DNA of 62,395 nt, counting the filler, from Actinomycetota bacterium (GTDB taxonomy: Bacteria > Actinomycetota > CADDZG01 > JAHWKV01 > JAOPZY01), in NCBI GenBank assembly GCA_025963875.1. It is 3 parts of 3 records of this genome, joined end to end, with 100 filler letters (N's around TTAATTAATTAA, not from the genome) between each part and the next. Parts side by side here need not be neighbours in the genome. Positions count along the whole stretch, not along the records: positions 38,643 to 62,395 come from JAOPZY010000149.1; 2 more parts are not named here. One strand, 5' to 3'. Under the pieces are notes generated by a model. It was not told the origin of the DNA and did not search any database. It saw only the letters and a list, made by a program, of their open reading frames with translations. Each line of letters starts with the position of its first letter. Position 1 is the first letter of the stretch. Made by a program: the position numbers and the translations under genes. Positions 39,777-50,015 of the stretch are shown piece by piece.

Positions 39777-40563
39777 GGGCGGCGCGGCATTCTTTGACCT
39801 CGACCGGACCGTGGTCGCCCGGCCGAGCGGGCTGGCGTTCGGCAGGAACTTCTACCGGGCGGGCCTGATCACCCGGGCCACGCTCCTGCGGGGCTACGCC
39901 GCCCAATTCATCTACCTGCTGCGCGGCGCCGACGAGGCCCGCATGGAGGAGTGGCGCCTGCGTGGTCTCGAGCTCTCTCGCGGACAGACCCGGGCGAGCT
40001 TCGGACGGGTCATCCAGTCGACCATGGACGAGGTCATCCGGCCGATTATCTACCGGGAGGCTCTCGACCTCATGGCATGGCACCGCGCCCGGGGGCGGCG
40101 CATCTACCTCGTCTCGTCGTCGCCCGAGGAGGTGGTGACGCCGATCGGCGGCCTCCTCGGCGTGGACGATGTCATCGCGACGAAGTCGAGGGTCGATGAC
40201 ACGGGCCGCTACGTCGGCGAGCTCGACTTCTACTGCTACGGTCCCCACAAGGCCGAGGCCATGCGGGCACTGGCGGCGGGCAACGGCATCGACCTGGCGG
40301 ACTCGTGGGCCTACTCGGACTCGATCACCGACCTTCCGATGCTGGAGGTGGTGGGCCACCCCGTCCCGGCCAACCCGGACAAGGACCTCCGGCGCATCGC
40401 CAGAGCGCGGGACTGGCCCGTCGTGCGGTTCCATCTGCCCGCCGATCTGCGGCCCGCCCGGCTGGCGACGGCGACGCCGAGGCGCCGGCTCGTCGTGGGC
40501 GCCGGCGTGGCGGCGATGACGGCCGGCCTGCTGGCGGTGCTCCGGCCCCGCCGCCGGCGTTAG
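39775..40563 (+). CDS. HAD-IB (SerB-like) phosphatase
   Basis: AAFFDLDRT, LVSSS, K, AYSDSITDLPML. Confidence 0.9.
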   Translation: MGGAAFFDLDRTVVARPSGLAFGRNFYRAGLITRATLLRGYAAQFIYLLRGADEARMEEWRLRGLELSRGQTRASFGRVIQSTMDEVIRPIIYREALDLMAWHRARGRRIYLVSSSPEEVVTPIGGLLGVDDVIATKSRVDDTGRYVGELDFYCYGPHKAEAMRALAAGNGIDLADSWAYSDSITDLPMLEVVGHPVPANPDKDLRRIARARDWPVVRFHLPADLRPARLATATPRRRLVVGAGVAAMTAGLLAVLRPRRRR

Positions 40564-40637
40564 CCCGGGGCTGGCGGCGAGCTTGGTCGCCGTTCGCGCG
40601 CCGGCGCGCGATCCACTCCTATCCTCGCCGGGCGTCG

Positions 40638-42505
<1,868 letters not shown>

Positions 42506-42531
42506 AGCCCATCCTACTGCCTTCTCCCCGC

Positions 42532-43212
42532 TCACAGCTTCCCGAAGTCCGTCACCTCCGGAGCGACGAGCGGCGTGCCGATGTCGAGCTGGATGTCGGC
42601 ATGGGCGGTCAGGGGGATCGCCCGGAGGTCGCTGCCCGTGTAGGGCCTGCCCCTGTAGAAGGCGGTGACGGTGCCCGTCACCGGTCCCGCCTGCGTGGTG
42701 CTCAGTGGCTGGCCCCAGATGTCGAAGAACTCGCCGAGGGTGTAGCCCCGTGCCGACGGGGACTCGACGTGGATGATCCCGTCCGACATGTGGGTGTGCA
42801 GCCAGTAGAAGCACTTCCCGCTCACGACGAAGGGGAAGCCGTTCGCGTTCTGGGTGACGGGGTCGGGGATGCCGATGCCGAACGGGACCTGGCGGGGCTT
42901 CCCGTCCACGTAGACCGCCAGATGGGCGTGGATGTGGTACGTGACGCGCTCGGCGGTCTCGCACTTGATGCCGTCGACGTCCTGGCCCGTGGCGGCCTTG
43001 CTGAGATCGGCGAGCGGGGGCGCTTGCGGGATGGGCGCGCCTTCCGCGCCGATGGTCCCGGGTGACGGGGAGGCGAGGGGGCCGAGGGAGGCAAGGTCAC
43101 CGACCGGGACCGGGGTGGAGGTGGCCGCCGGCGGGGAACTCGAGCATGCGACAAGGAGGACCGCCAGCAGGCCGGGGAGGATTTTCCACAAATAGCGTGG
43201 AGTATTCGACAC
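42532..43212 (-). CDS. Hypothetical His-rich lipoprotein
   Basis: Lipobox LVAC; YHIHAHL, WLHTH, IIHVESP. Confidence 0.8.
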   Translation of the reverse strand: MSNTPRYLWKILPGLLAVLLVACSSSPPAATSTPVPVGDLASLGPLASPSPGTIGAEGAPIPQAPPLADLSKAATGQDVDGIKCETAERVTYHIHAHLAVYVDGKPRQVPFGIGIPDPVTQNANGFPFVVSGKCFYWLHTHMSDGIIHVESPSARGYTLGEFFDIWGQPLSTTQAGPVTGTVTAFYRGRPYTGSDLRAIPLTAHADIQLDIGTPLVAPEVTDFGKL

Positions 43213-43221
43213 GCCCCCACC

Positions 43222-43932
43222 CTATCGAGCGGAGAGGAACGCCAGGGCGGCGATCTCAGCCGCCATGCCCGCCGCTCCGACGATGTCACCCGTCACGGCC
43301 CCGAAGCGCCGCCGGGCCAGCCGGGCACCCGCCTCGGCGACGAGCGCTCCCAGCGCCAGCGCCAGCGCACCCCGGAGGTTCGCAGCCAGGATCGAGGCCG
43401 CCAGCGCGATCGCGGCCACGGCGGCGGTGATCCGGGGCCCGGCGGCGACCAGCGGTCCGGCCAGCGACCCGCCCGCGGCCCGGGGCGAGGTTGCCATCGT
43501 CACCGCCATGGCGGTCCGCCCGGCGACGGGCACGGCCACGAGGAACCCCCACCGGTGCTGGGAGGCCAACAGGGCGATGAACGACCACCGGGCGATCAGC
43601 GCTGCGCCCAACGTCGCCGCCCCCACGGCTCCGATGGCGGGGTCCCGCATCACCTCGATTGCCTGTTGCGCCGGCAGGCGGGACGCCCAGCCATCGGCAA
43701 CGTCGGCCACGGCGTCGAGGTGCAGCCCGCCCGTGAGGGCGAGGTCGGCGAGGATGACCGCCGCCGCCGCGGGCCAGGGTCCCCAGAGCCACGAGGCGCC
43801 GTAGGCGGCGAGGGCCCAGACCGCCCCCACGACGAGGCCCACGAGCGGGAAGGCGAGCAGGCTTCTCCGGCTGGGCGGCCGGTCCCTCGCCCCGACCGGC
43901 AGGACGGTGAGGAAGGCGAGCGCGTCGCGCAC
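43222..43932 (-). CDS. cobS: Cobalamin synthase
   Basis: AFLTVLP, FPLVG, TGGLHLDAVADVADG, MRDP, GAVTGDIVGA. Confidence 0.93.
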   Translation of the reverse strand: MRDALAFLTVLPVGARDRPPSRRSLLAFPLVGLVVGAVWALAAYGASWLWGPWPAAAAVILADLALTGGLHLDAVADVADGWASRLPAQQAIEVMRDPAIGAVGAATLGAALIARWSFIALLASQHRWGFLVAVPVAGRTAMAVTMATSPRAAGGSLAGPLVAAGPRITAAVAAIALAASILAANLRGALALALGALVAEAGARLARRRFGAVTGDIVGAAGMAAEIAALAFLSAR

Positions 43933-44990
43933 TATCCGATGCCCGCCTCTTCAAATGTGGCCATGTCACGAAGGACGGAGGCCGCGGCGATGACGATGGG
44001 GACCGCAAGGAGGGCCCCCGTGCCCTCGCCGAGCCGCATCTGGAGGTCGAGCAGCGGCTCCAGGCCAAGGTGGTCGAGGGCGGCGCTCGCTCCCGGCTCG
44101 ACGGAGCGGTGCCCGGCAAGGAGGTAGCCCACAGCCTCGGGGCGGAGGACCGCGGCTGCAAGCGCCGCCGCCACGGCGTTGACGCCGTCGAGCACCACCG
44201 GGATGCGGTGGGCCGCCCCGGCGAGGATCAGGCCGGCGAGGGCAGCGTGCTCGAGACCGCCGACCGCCGCCAGGACGCCCAGAGCATCGCGGGCATCGGG
44301 GCGGTGCAGGTCGATGGCATGCGCGACGACCTTGGTCTTCAGCGCGAGCGTGGCGTCGTCGATCCCCGTCCCCCGGCCGGTCACCTCGGCCGCGGGCTTG
44401 CCCGTGAAGGCGGCGATCAGGCAGGCGGCGGGGGTGGAGTTGCCGATCCCCATGTCGCCGGTGACGAGCAGGTCCGCCCCGCCGGCGATGAGGTCCTCGG
44501 CGGCGGCGGCCCCCGCGAGGACGGCGGCGGCGGCTTCGGCCCGGCTCATGGCGGGCCCTTTGGAGAGGTCGGCGGTTCCGGGCCGCACCCGCGCATGGCG
44601 CAACCGCGGATGGACGGGGAGGTCGGACGCCACTCCCACGTCGAGGACGAGCACCCCGGCCCCGACGGTGGCGGCGATCGCATTGACGGCTGCCGTGCCA
44701 GAGCAGAAGGCCGCAATCATTGCCCCTGTGACCTCCGAGGGCCAGGGCGACACACCCTGGGCGAGCACGCCGTGGTCGCCCGCGGCAATCACCACGACCG
44801 GCCGGCGGGGCACCGGTGGCGGGCATGCCCCGGCAATGGCGGCAAGCCGTACGCCGATCGCCTCGACGCGGCCCAGACTGCCGGGCGGCTTGACGAGCCG
44901 GTCGTGGCGGCGCAGGGCCTCCGCGCCTGCCTCGCGGTCGACCGGCGCCACGAGGGCAGCCATCGCAGCGACGCTCTCCTCAGCCTCCAT
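43932..44990 (-). CDS. cobT: Nicotinate-nucleotide-dimethylbenzimidazole phosphoribosyltransferase
   Basis: KPPGSLG, AGDHGV, GDMGIGNST, GRGTG, MRLGEGTGA, MATF. Confidence 0.95.
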   Translation of the reverse strand: MEAEESVAAMAALVAPVDREAGAEALRRHDRLVKPPGSLGRVEAIGVRLAAIAGACPPPVPRRPVVVIAAGDHGVLAQGVSPWPSEVTGAMIAAFCSGTAAVNAIAATVGAGVLVLDVGVASDLPVHPRLRHARVRPGTADLSKGPAMSRAEAAAAVLAGAAAAEDLIAGGADLLVTGDMGIGNSTPAACLIAAFTGKPAAEVTGRGTGIDDATLALKTKVVAHAIDLHRPDARDALGVLAAVGGLEHAALAGLILAGAAHRIPVVLDGVNAVAAALAAAVLRPEAVGYLLAGHRSVEPGASAALDHLGLEPLLDLQMRLGEGTGALLAVPIVIAAASVLRDMATFEEAGIG

Positions 44991-45609
44991 GCAGACTCCA
45001 ACGCTCGCAGCCCTCGGACACCGCCCGGTGGACGGCCCGGGCAAGGTCTGATCCGGCCCGGGTGGCAGGGCCGGCGAAGGCGATGGAGGCCCCGGGCGCG
45101 CACGCCACTGCGATGGCGTCGCTGGCGGTTCCGGTGGCCGGGCCGGTGTGGTTGGAAGCCCCGATCCCGGCGTCGGCAAGGGCCTGCGCCTTCGCCTCGA
45201 CCGCGGTCTGGAGCGCTCCGACGAGCCCGGCATCGGTCAGCGCCGCACCGGTGACCACAAGGACGTTGATGGTGCCCGGGCAGAGCGCGGCGGCGACCTC
45301 CCGACGGCCGGCCGCGGCGGTGGGCCAACCGAGCCCGACGGTGGCGATGGCCCGTGCCGAACCGCAGTCCACGTCGCGGAAGTCCTTCACGGAGGCAGCC
45401 GTCAGCATCCCGACGACGGGGCCCGGGAAGCCCGCCGTCACCTCCGCCAGGTGGACGTCGGGGTCGGTCCGCGCGTAGTCCGACGGGACCTGGAGGTTGA
45501 CCCAGGTCCGGACCGCCCCGAGGCCGCCCCCCAGCACGCTCGAGGCGAGGCAGCGGTGCTCCGAACCGAGATCGACCCGCAGCAGGTCACCGGCGAGGAC
45601 CGCTTCCAC
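44980..45609 (-). CDS. cbiZ: Adenosylcobinamide amidohydrolase
   Basis: SSVLGGG, GMLTAA, ATVG, GTIN, EAKA, ATGTASDA. Confidence 0.9.
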   Translation of the reverse strand: MEAVLAGDLLRVDLGSEHRCLASSVLGGGLGAVRTWVNLQVPSDYARTDPDVHLAEVTAGFPGPVVGMLTAASVKDFRDVDCGSARAIATVGLGWPTAAAGRREVAAALCPGTINVLVVTGAALTDAGLVGALQTAVEAKAQALADAGIGASNHTGPATGTASDAIAVACAPGASIAFAGPATRAGSDLARAVHRAVSEGCERWSLHGG

Positions 45610-47210
45610 TACACCACCTCCGCCAGGGCCGCCAGGAGGCGCTCGTTATCGGCCGGCGTTCGGACGGCGATGCGGAGGTGGTCGGCCGTCAGGCCGGGGA
45701 AGGTGGCGGCTCGCCTGACCGCGATGCCGCGCTCCAGGAGGCCCGCCCGCACGTGCTCCCCACCGGACACCCGGACGAGGAGGAAGTTGGCGCAGGAGGG
45801 CCAGACCCGGACCCCCGGGAGGCAGCGGAGACGGGTGGCAAGTTCCTCCCTGGCCAGGGCGGTCTCCCCCGCGACGGCGGCCGCGGTGAGCTCGCCACGG
45901 CCGTAGGCCTCCAGGGCGGCGAGGGCAAGGTTGTTGACGCTCCAGGGTTGCCGGGCTGCACAGAGCGCAGCGACGATACCCGCCGGGGCCAGCAGGAAGC
46001 CGGCGCGCAGGCCGGGCAGCGCCCACGCCTTGGTGAGGCTGCGCACGACGACCAGGCCGGGGATGTCGCCGCGGCGCGCCAGGCTCTCGCCCTCGCCGGG
46101 GACCAGGTCCATGAATGCCTCGTCCACGACGAGGATCCGGCCGGGTCGCGCCAGACCCGCGATCGTCGCCGCCGGGTCGAGGTTGCCCGTGGGGTTGTTG
46201 GGGTTGCCGATGACAACGAAGCCTGCGGCTGGGTCGATCGCGGCCGGGTCGAGGGAGAAGTCCTCGGGGTCCCGCTGGGCCCGCACCACCTCGGCGCCGG
46301 CGGCCCGGAGGGCGGCCTCCGGCTCCGTGAACGAGGGGTGGACACAGACCGCCCGCCGCGGGCGCAGCGCGTGCGCAAGGAGCCAGAAGGCCTCGGCGGC
46401 GCCGTTGAGCACGAGGGCCTCGTCCGGGGGCCGGCCGTGGCGTGCGGCGACCGCGCTCGCGGCCGGCGCGTCGTCCGGGTACCGGTCGATGGTGCTCAGC
46501 GCCGACGCCAACCGCTCCCGGACCTGCGGCGGGGGGCCGCCCGGCACGACGTTGACCGCAAAGTCCAGGGCGCCCGGTGGGACCTGCGAGTCGCCGTGCA
46601 CCCGCAGGTCGGGTCGCTCTGGTTCGGGGGCCGGCGGGTTCGGAGCCTTGAGTGGCACCGCCTGGCCTGCCACCACGAGCCAGACGGCGTTCGCCGATGA
46701 GGCCAGGAGTTGGGTCGCCTCGCCGCTCAGGTCGAGGAAGCGGCGGGAGCCTGCCCCGGGCGGTACCCCGCCGAGCCCCGCCTCGTCGGCCACGACGATC
46801 GTGGCGGCCTCCCGGGATGCGGCGGCTCCCGCGAACGACGACACGGCCGCCAGGACCCGCCGGCGGGCTGCCTCGCCGGCCTCCCCCCAGGGGGCGACCG
46901 CCTCGTCGGTGAACAGGCAGTTGGCCTGCATCAGCGCGCAGATCCAGCCCCCGAGGCCGTCGATCAGCACCGTCGCTCCGGGCGCTCCAGCGAGATCGGC
47001 GCCGAGGGCCCCCAGGGGATCCGCGGCTTCGAGGGTCTGCCAGGCGGAGGGCCGGCGGCGGCGGTGTCGCTCGATGCGCTCTGCCATCTCGGCGTCGTCC
47101 CCTGCCCCGGTCGCAACGTAGACCACCGGAGGGCCCGCCGCCTCCGCCAGGCGCTCGGCGTACCCGCTCTTGCCGGAACGGATGCCGCCGACCACCAGCG
47201 TGAGACCCAT
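45609..47210 (-). CDS. cobU: Fusion of adenosylcobinamide kinase/guanylyltransferase (CobU/CobP) and L-threonine-O-3-phosphate decarboxylase (CobC/CobD)
   Basis: N-terminal GGIRSGKS, EMAERIERHR, EAGLGGVP, VVAG; C-terminal HGD, DFAVN, NPNNPTG, DEAFMD, RSLTK, GLRAG; single 533-aa frame. Confidence 0.88.
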   Translation of the reverse strand: MGLTLVVGGIRSGKSGYAERLAEAAGPPVVYVATGAGDDAEMAERIERHRRRRPSAWQTLEAADPLGALGADLAGAPGATVLIDGLGGWICALMQANCLFTDEAVAPWGEAGEAARRRVLAAVSSFAGAAASREAATIVVADEAGLGGVPPGAGSRRFLDLSGEATQLLASSANAVWLVVAGQAVPLKAPNPPAPEPERPDLRVHGDSQVPPGALDFAVNVVPGGPPPQVRERLASALSTIDRYPDDAPAASAVAARHGRPPDEALVLNGAAEAFWLLAHALRPRRAVCVHPSFTEPEAALRAAGAEVVRAQRDPEDFSLDPAAIDPAAGFVVIGNPNNPTGNLDPAATIAGLARPGRILVVDEAFMDLVPGEGESLARRGDIPGLVVVRSLTKAWALPGLRAGFLLAPAGIVAALCAARQPWSVNNLALAALEAYGRGELTAAAVAGETALAREELATRLRCLPGVRVWPSCANFLLVRVSGGEHVRAGLLERGIAVRRAATFPGLTADHLRIAVRTPADNERLLAALAEVV

Positions 47211-48739
47211 CAGTCCGCCAGTCCCGTCGTCACAACCGGCAGCGTTGCCCCGGCGGTGACGTTCGAGCCGTCGATCAGCCCGAGGAGGGCTGCCCCGTCG
47301 ACGTGGTCGGCGATCAGGTCTCCGAGCAGGTCGAGGCGCGCCTCCCGGGCGTCTGCGAACGACCCGGTGCCCGGGATCCATGCCACGCCCCGCACGCCGG
47401 CTACCCACGAGCAGAAGGCGCGCCGGAAGGCGTCGGATTCGAAGACGCCGTGCCAGGACGTACCGACGACCGCGCCGCTGCGACAGCCCTCCCCGGAGGC
47501 GCCGTCGACAACGAAGACCGGCTCGCCGCCGTGGCGCCGGACCCGGCCGTGGTGGATCTCGTAGCCATCCACCCTGGTCGCACCGAACGACGGTGCGAGG
47601 CCACTCGGGCGGGCAAGGACCTTGTCGGGCTCGAAGACCGTCTCGACCGGCAGGAGCCCGAGGCCCTCCACCGGCCCGGCCCCGCTCTCCACGGCGTCGT
47701 CGACGCACCTGCCGAGCATCTGGTAGCCGCCGCAGATGCCCAGGACGGGCTTGCCCGAACGGGCCCGGTTGGACAGCACCTGGTCGAGCCCACGGGAGCG
47801 CAACCACGCCAGGTCGGCGACGGTCGCCTTCGTCCCCGGCAGCACGGCGAGGTCGGCAGCGGCAAGCTCGGTTACCGAATCCGTGAAGCGCACTTCGACG
47901 CCCGGCTCGGCGGCAAGGGGGTCGACATCGGTGAAGTTGCTCACCCGGGGGAGCCGGACGACCGTCACCAGCAGGGTGGCCCCGCCCGGCACCGGCGGCG
48001 CCGCGCGCCTCGGCGCCTCCAGGGCGAGGGAGTCCTCGGCGTCCACCTCCAGGCCCCGCACCCAGGGCAGGACGCCGAGCACGCTGCGCCCGGTGCGCCG
48101 TTGCAGCTCGGCGATGCCGGGCTCCAGCAGGTCGACGTCTCCGCGGAACTTGTTGACAAGGAATGCCCGCACGAGGGCCTGGTCCTGCGGGTCCAGCAAC
48201 GCCAACGATCCGAACAGCGAGGCGAAGACCCCACCCCGGTCGATGTCGCCGACGACGACCACCGGCAGCGAGGCCGCCCTGGCGAGGCCCAGGTTGGCGA
48301 GGTCGGAGTGACGGAGGTTGATCTCGGCGACACCTCCGGCCCCCTCGCAGATGACGACGTCGAAGCGGGACCGCAGGTGCTCCAGGGCGTCGAGGACCAC
48401 CGGCAGGAGGCGGTCCTTGAGGTCCTGGTAGCCGGCGGCGCTGGTGCGCGTCAGGACCCGGCCCATGACGACCACCTGCGCCTGTCGCTCGCCCGTCGGC
48501 TTGATGAGCACCGGGTTCATCGAGGCCTCCGGCTCGACGCCGGCCGCCGCTGCCTGCGCCGCCTGCGCCCTCCCGATCTCGCTGCCGTCGGCGGTGACTG
48601 CCGCGTTGAGGGACATGTTCTGGGCCTTGAAGGGCGCCACGCTGACACCCTGGCGTCGCAGCCAGCGGCAGATCCCGGCGACGACCACGCTCTTGCCGGC
48701 GTCCGAGGATGTGCCGGCGACGAGGAGGGCCGAACTCAC
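47210..48739 (-). CDS. cobQ: Cobyric acid synthase
   Basis: GTSSDAGKS, PFKAQNMS, EGAG, DIDRGG, GICGGYQMLG, GYEIH, WHG. Confidence 0.96.
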   Translation of the reverse strand: MSSALLVAGTSSDAGKSVVVAGICRWLRRQGVSVAPFKAQNMSLNAAVTADGSEIGRAQAAQAAAAGVEPEASMNPVLIKPTGERQAQVVVMGRVLTRTSAAGYQDLKDRLLPVVLDALEHLRSRFDVVICEGAGGVAEINLRHSDLANLGLARAASLPVVVVGDIDRGGVFASLFGSLALLDPQDQALVRAFLVNKFRGDVDLLEPGIAELQRRTGRSVLGVLPWVRGLEVDAEDSLALEAPRRAAPPVPGGATLLVTVVRLPRVSNFTDVDPLAAEPGVEVRFTDSVTELAAADLAVLPGTKATVADLAWLRSRGLDQVLSNRARSGKPVLGICGGYQMLGRCVDDAVESGAGPVEGLGLLPVETVFEPDKVLARPSGLAPSFGATRVDGYEIHHGRVRRHGGEPVFVVDGASGEGCRSGAVVGTSWHGVFESDAFRRAFCSWVAGVRGVAWIPGTGSFADAREARLDLLGDLIADHVDGAALLGLIDGSNVTAGATLPVVTTGLAD

Positions 48740-49746
48740 GCCCGCCGCCCGGCCGTTGCGCGCCAAGGTGAGGAGCTTTTGGTACTTAGAGCAACACTTT
48801 TCCTCCTCACCTTCGCGAGGGCAAAGGCGAGGGCCGCGCACACTGCGCAGGAGGCCCAGCCGGTGGCACGGCTGAGGCGAACCGCGCGCCTGAGGTCCTC
48901 GGGCACGGGCTCCCGGCCAGCGTCCGCTCCCATCCTGGGGCGAGCCTCGACCCGGCTGCCGTAGACGTTGACGCCCCCGAGGCCCACGCCGAGGGCGCCG
49001 GCGAACGCCGCCTCCAGCCGGCCCGCATTCGGGCTGGGGTGCAGGGACCCGTCCCTGCGCAGGACCGTCCACGCTCGGACCGGATCCCCCTCCGCCACGG
49101 GGGCAAGGAGCACCGCCAGCCCGGCCGCCAGCCGTGCCGCGGGCCAGGTAAGGAGGTCGTCGAGGCGTGCCGCCGCCCACCCGAAGCGCTCGTAGCGCTC
49201 GCTGCGATGGCCGACCATGGCGTCGAGGGTGTTCGCGGCCCGGTAGACCGCGACGCCGCCCGGGCCGGCGAGGGCGCCCCACAACAGGGGTCCCGTCACG
49301 GCATCGGCGGTGTTCTCCGCGACCGACTCGATCCCCGCCCGGCACAACTCCGTCGCCCCGAGTGCGGTGGGATCACGGCCGGCCAGCGTGGGGAGCAGGG
49401 CGCGGGCGGCAGGGAGGTCGCCCCGCTCGAGGGTGGCGGCAAGGTCCAGGGCGGCACGCTCCAGCGACCGCCCGCCCAGTGCCGTCCAGACGACGGCGGA
49501 ACCCAGCGCGAGCCGTCCGAGTGGCCGCCCGCCCGTGAGGCGCCAGGCCAGCGCGGTGACCGCGCCGGCGGCACCGACGAGTGCCCCTGCGTAGACGGTC
49601 CCGGCCCAGCGACACGGCCGCCACACCCGGGCCTCCAGGCCTCCGGCGAGCCGTCCGAAACCGGCGACCGGATGGCAGCGGACCGGGTCGCCGGCTGCAC
49701 GATCGGTCAGCCAGCCGAGCACGAGGACCGCCGGGATCTCGAACAC
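48736..49746 (-). CDS. cbiB: Adenosylcobinamide-phosphate synthase
   Basis: GDP..HPV, ESVAENTAD, YRAANTLDAMVGH, HPSPNAG. Confidence 0.95.
   Translation of the reverse strand: MFEIPAVLVLGWLTDRAAGDPVRCHPVAGFGRLAGGLEARVWRPCRWAGTVYAGALVGAAGAVTALAWRLTGGRPLGRLALGSAVVWTALGGRSLERAALDLAATLERGDLPAARALLPTLAGRDPTALGATELCRAGIESVAENTADAVTGPLLWGALAGPGGVAVYRAANTLDAMVGHRSERYERFGWAAARLDDLLTWPAARLAAGLAVLLAPVAEGDPVRAWTVLRRDGSLHPSPNAGRLEAAFAGALGVGLGGVNVYGSRVEARPRMGADAGREPVPEDLRRAVRLSRATGWASCAVCAALAFALAKVRRKSVALSTKSSSPWRATAGRRA
48761..48817. repeat. Inverted repeat within the cbiB 3' end
   Basis: CGCCAAGGTGAGGAG...CTCCTCACCTTCGCG (14 of 15 matches) around an AT-rich core. Confidence 0.6.
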
Positions 49747-50015
49747 CCGGCCAGCCTACAAGCCACGGCGAAGAGAATGAGGAATTCTTAATTCGGCGCT
49801 TCTTTCGAATGATAAAGCGGATTCGTTGGAGTTCGCGTCGAAATGTCCGCATGCGTCTAGATGCTTCGTGAACCTTTGCGTCCGGTGCCTCCCGCAAAGG
49901 ATGACCGTCCGGTGGTGCGCTTTGTTCGCGTAAACGCACAGCGTTTGCTCAGTTTCGATTGTCCCGGTTAACAGTACGCTGTTGATGCTCCCGGGCGGAG
50001 GAAAGGAATCCCCAC

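Noticed and set aside
49750..50010. Cobalamin or c-di-GMP-I riboswitch upstream of cbiB (GGACGCAAAG on the minus strand)
   Set aside because: No B12-box motifs; GGACGCAAAG is one arm of a simple hairpin and lacks the GGCAAAC partner; cbiB looks leaderless
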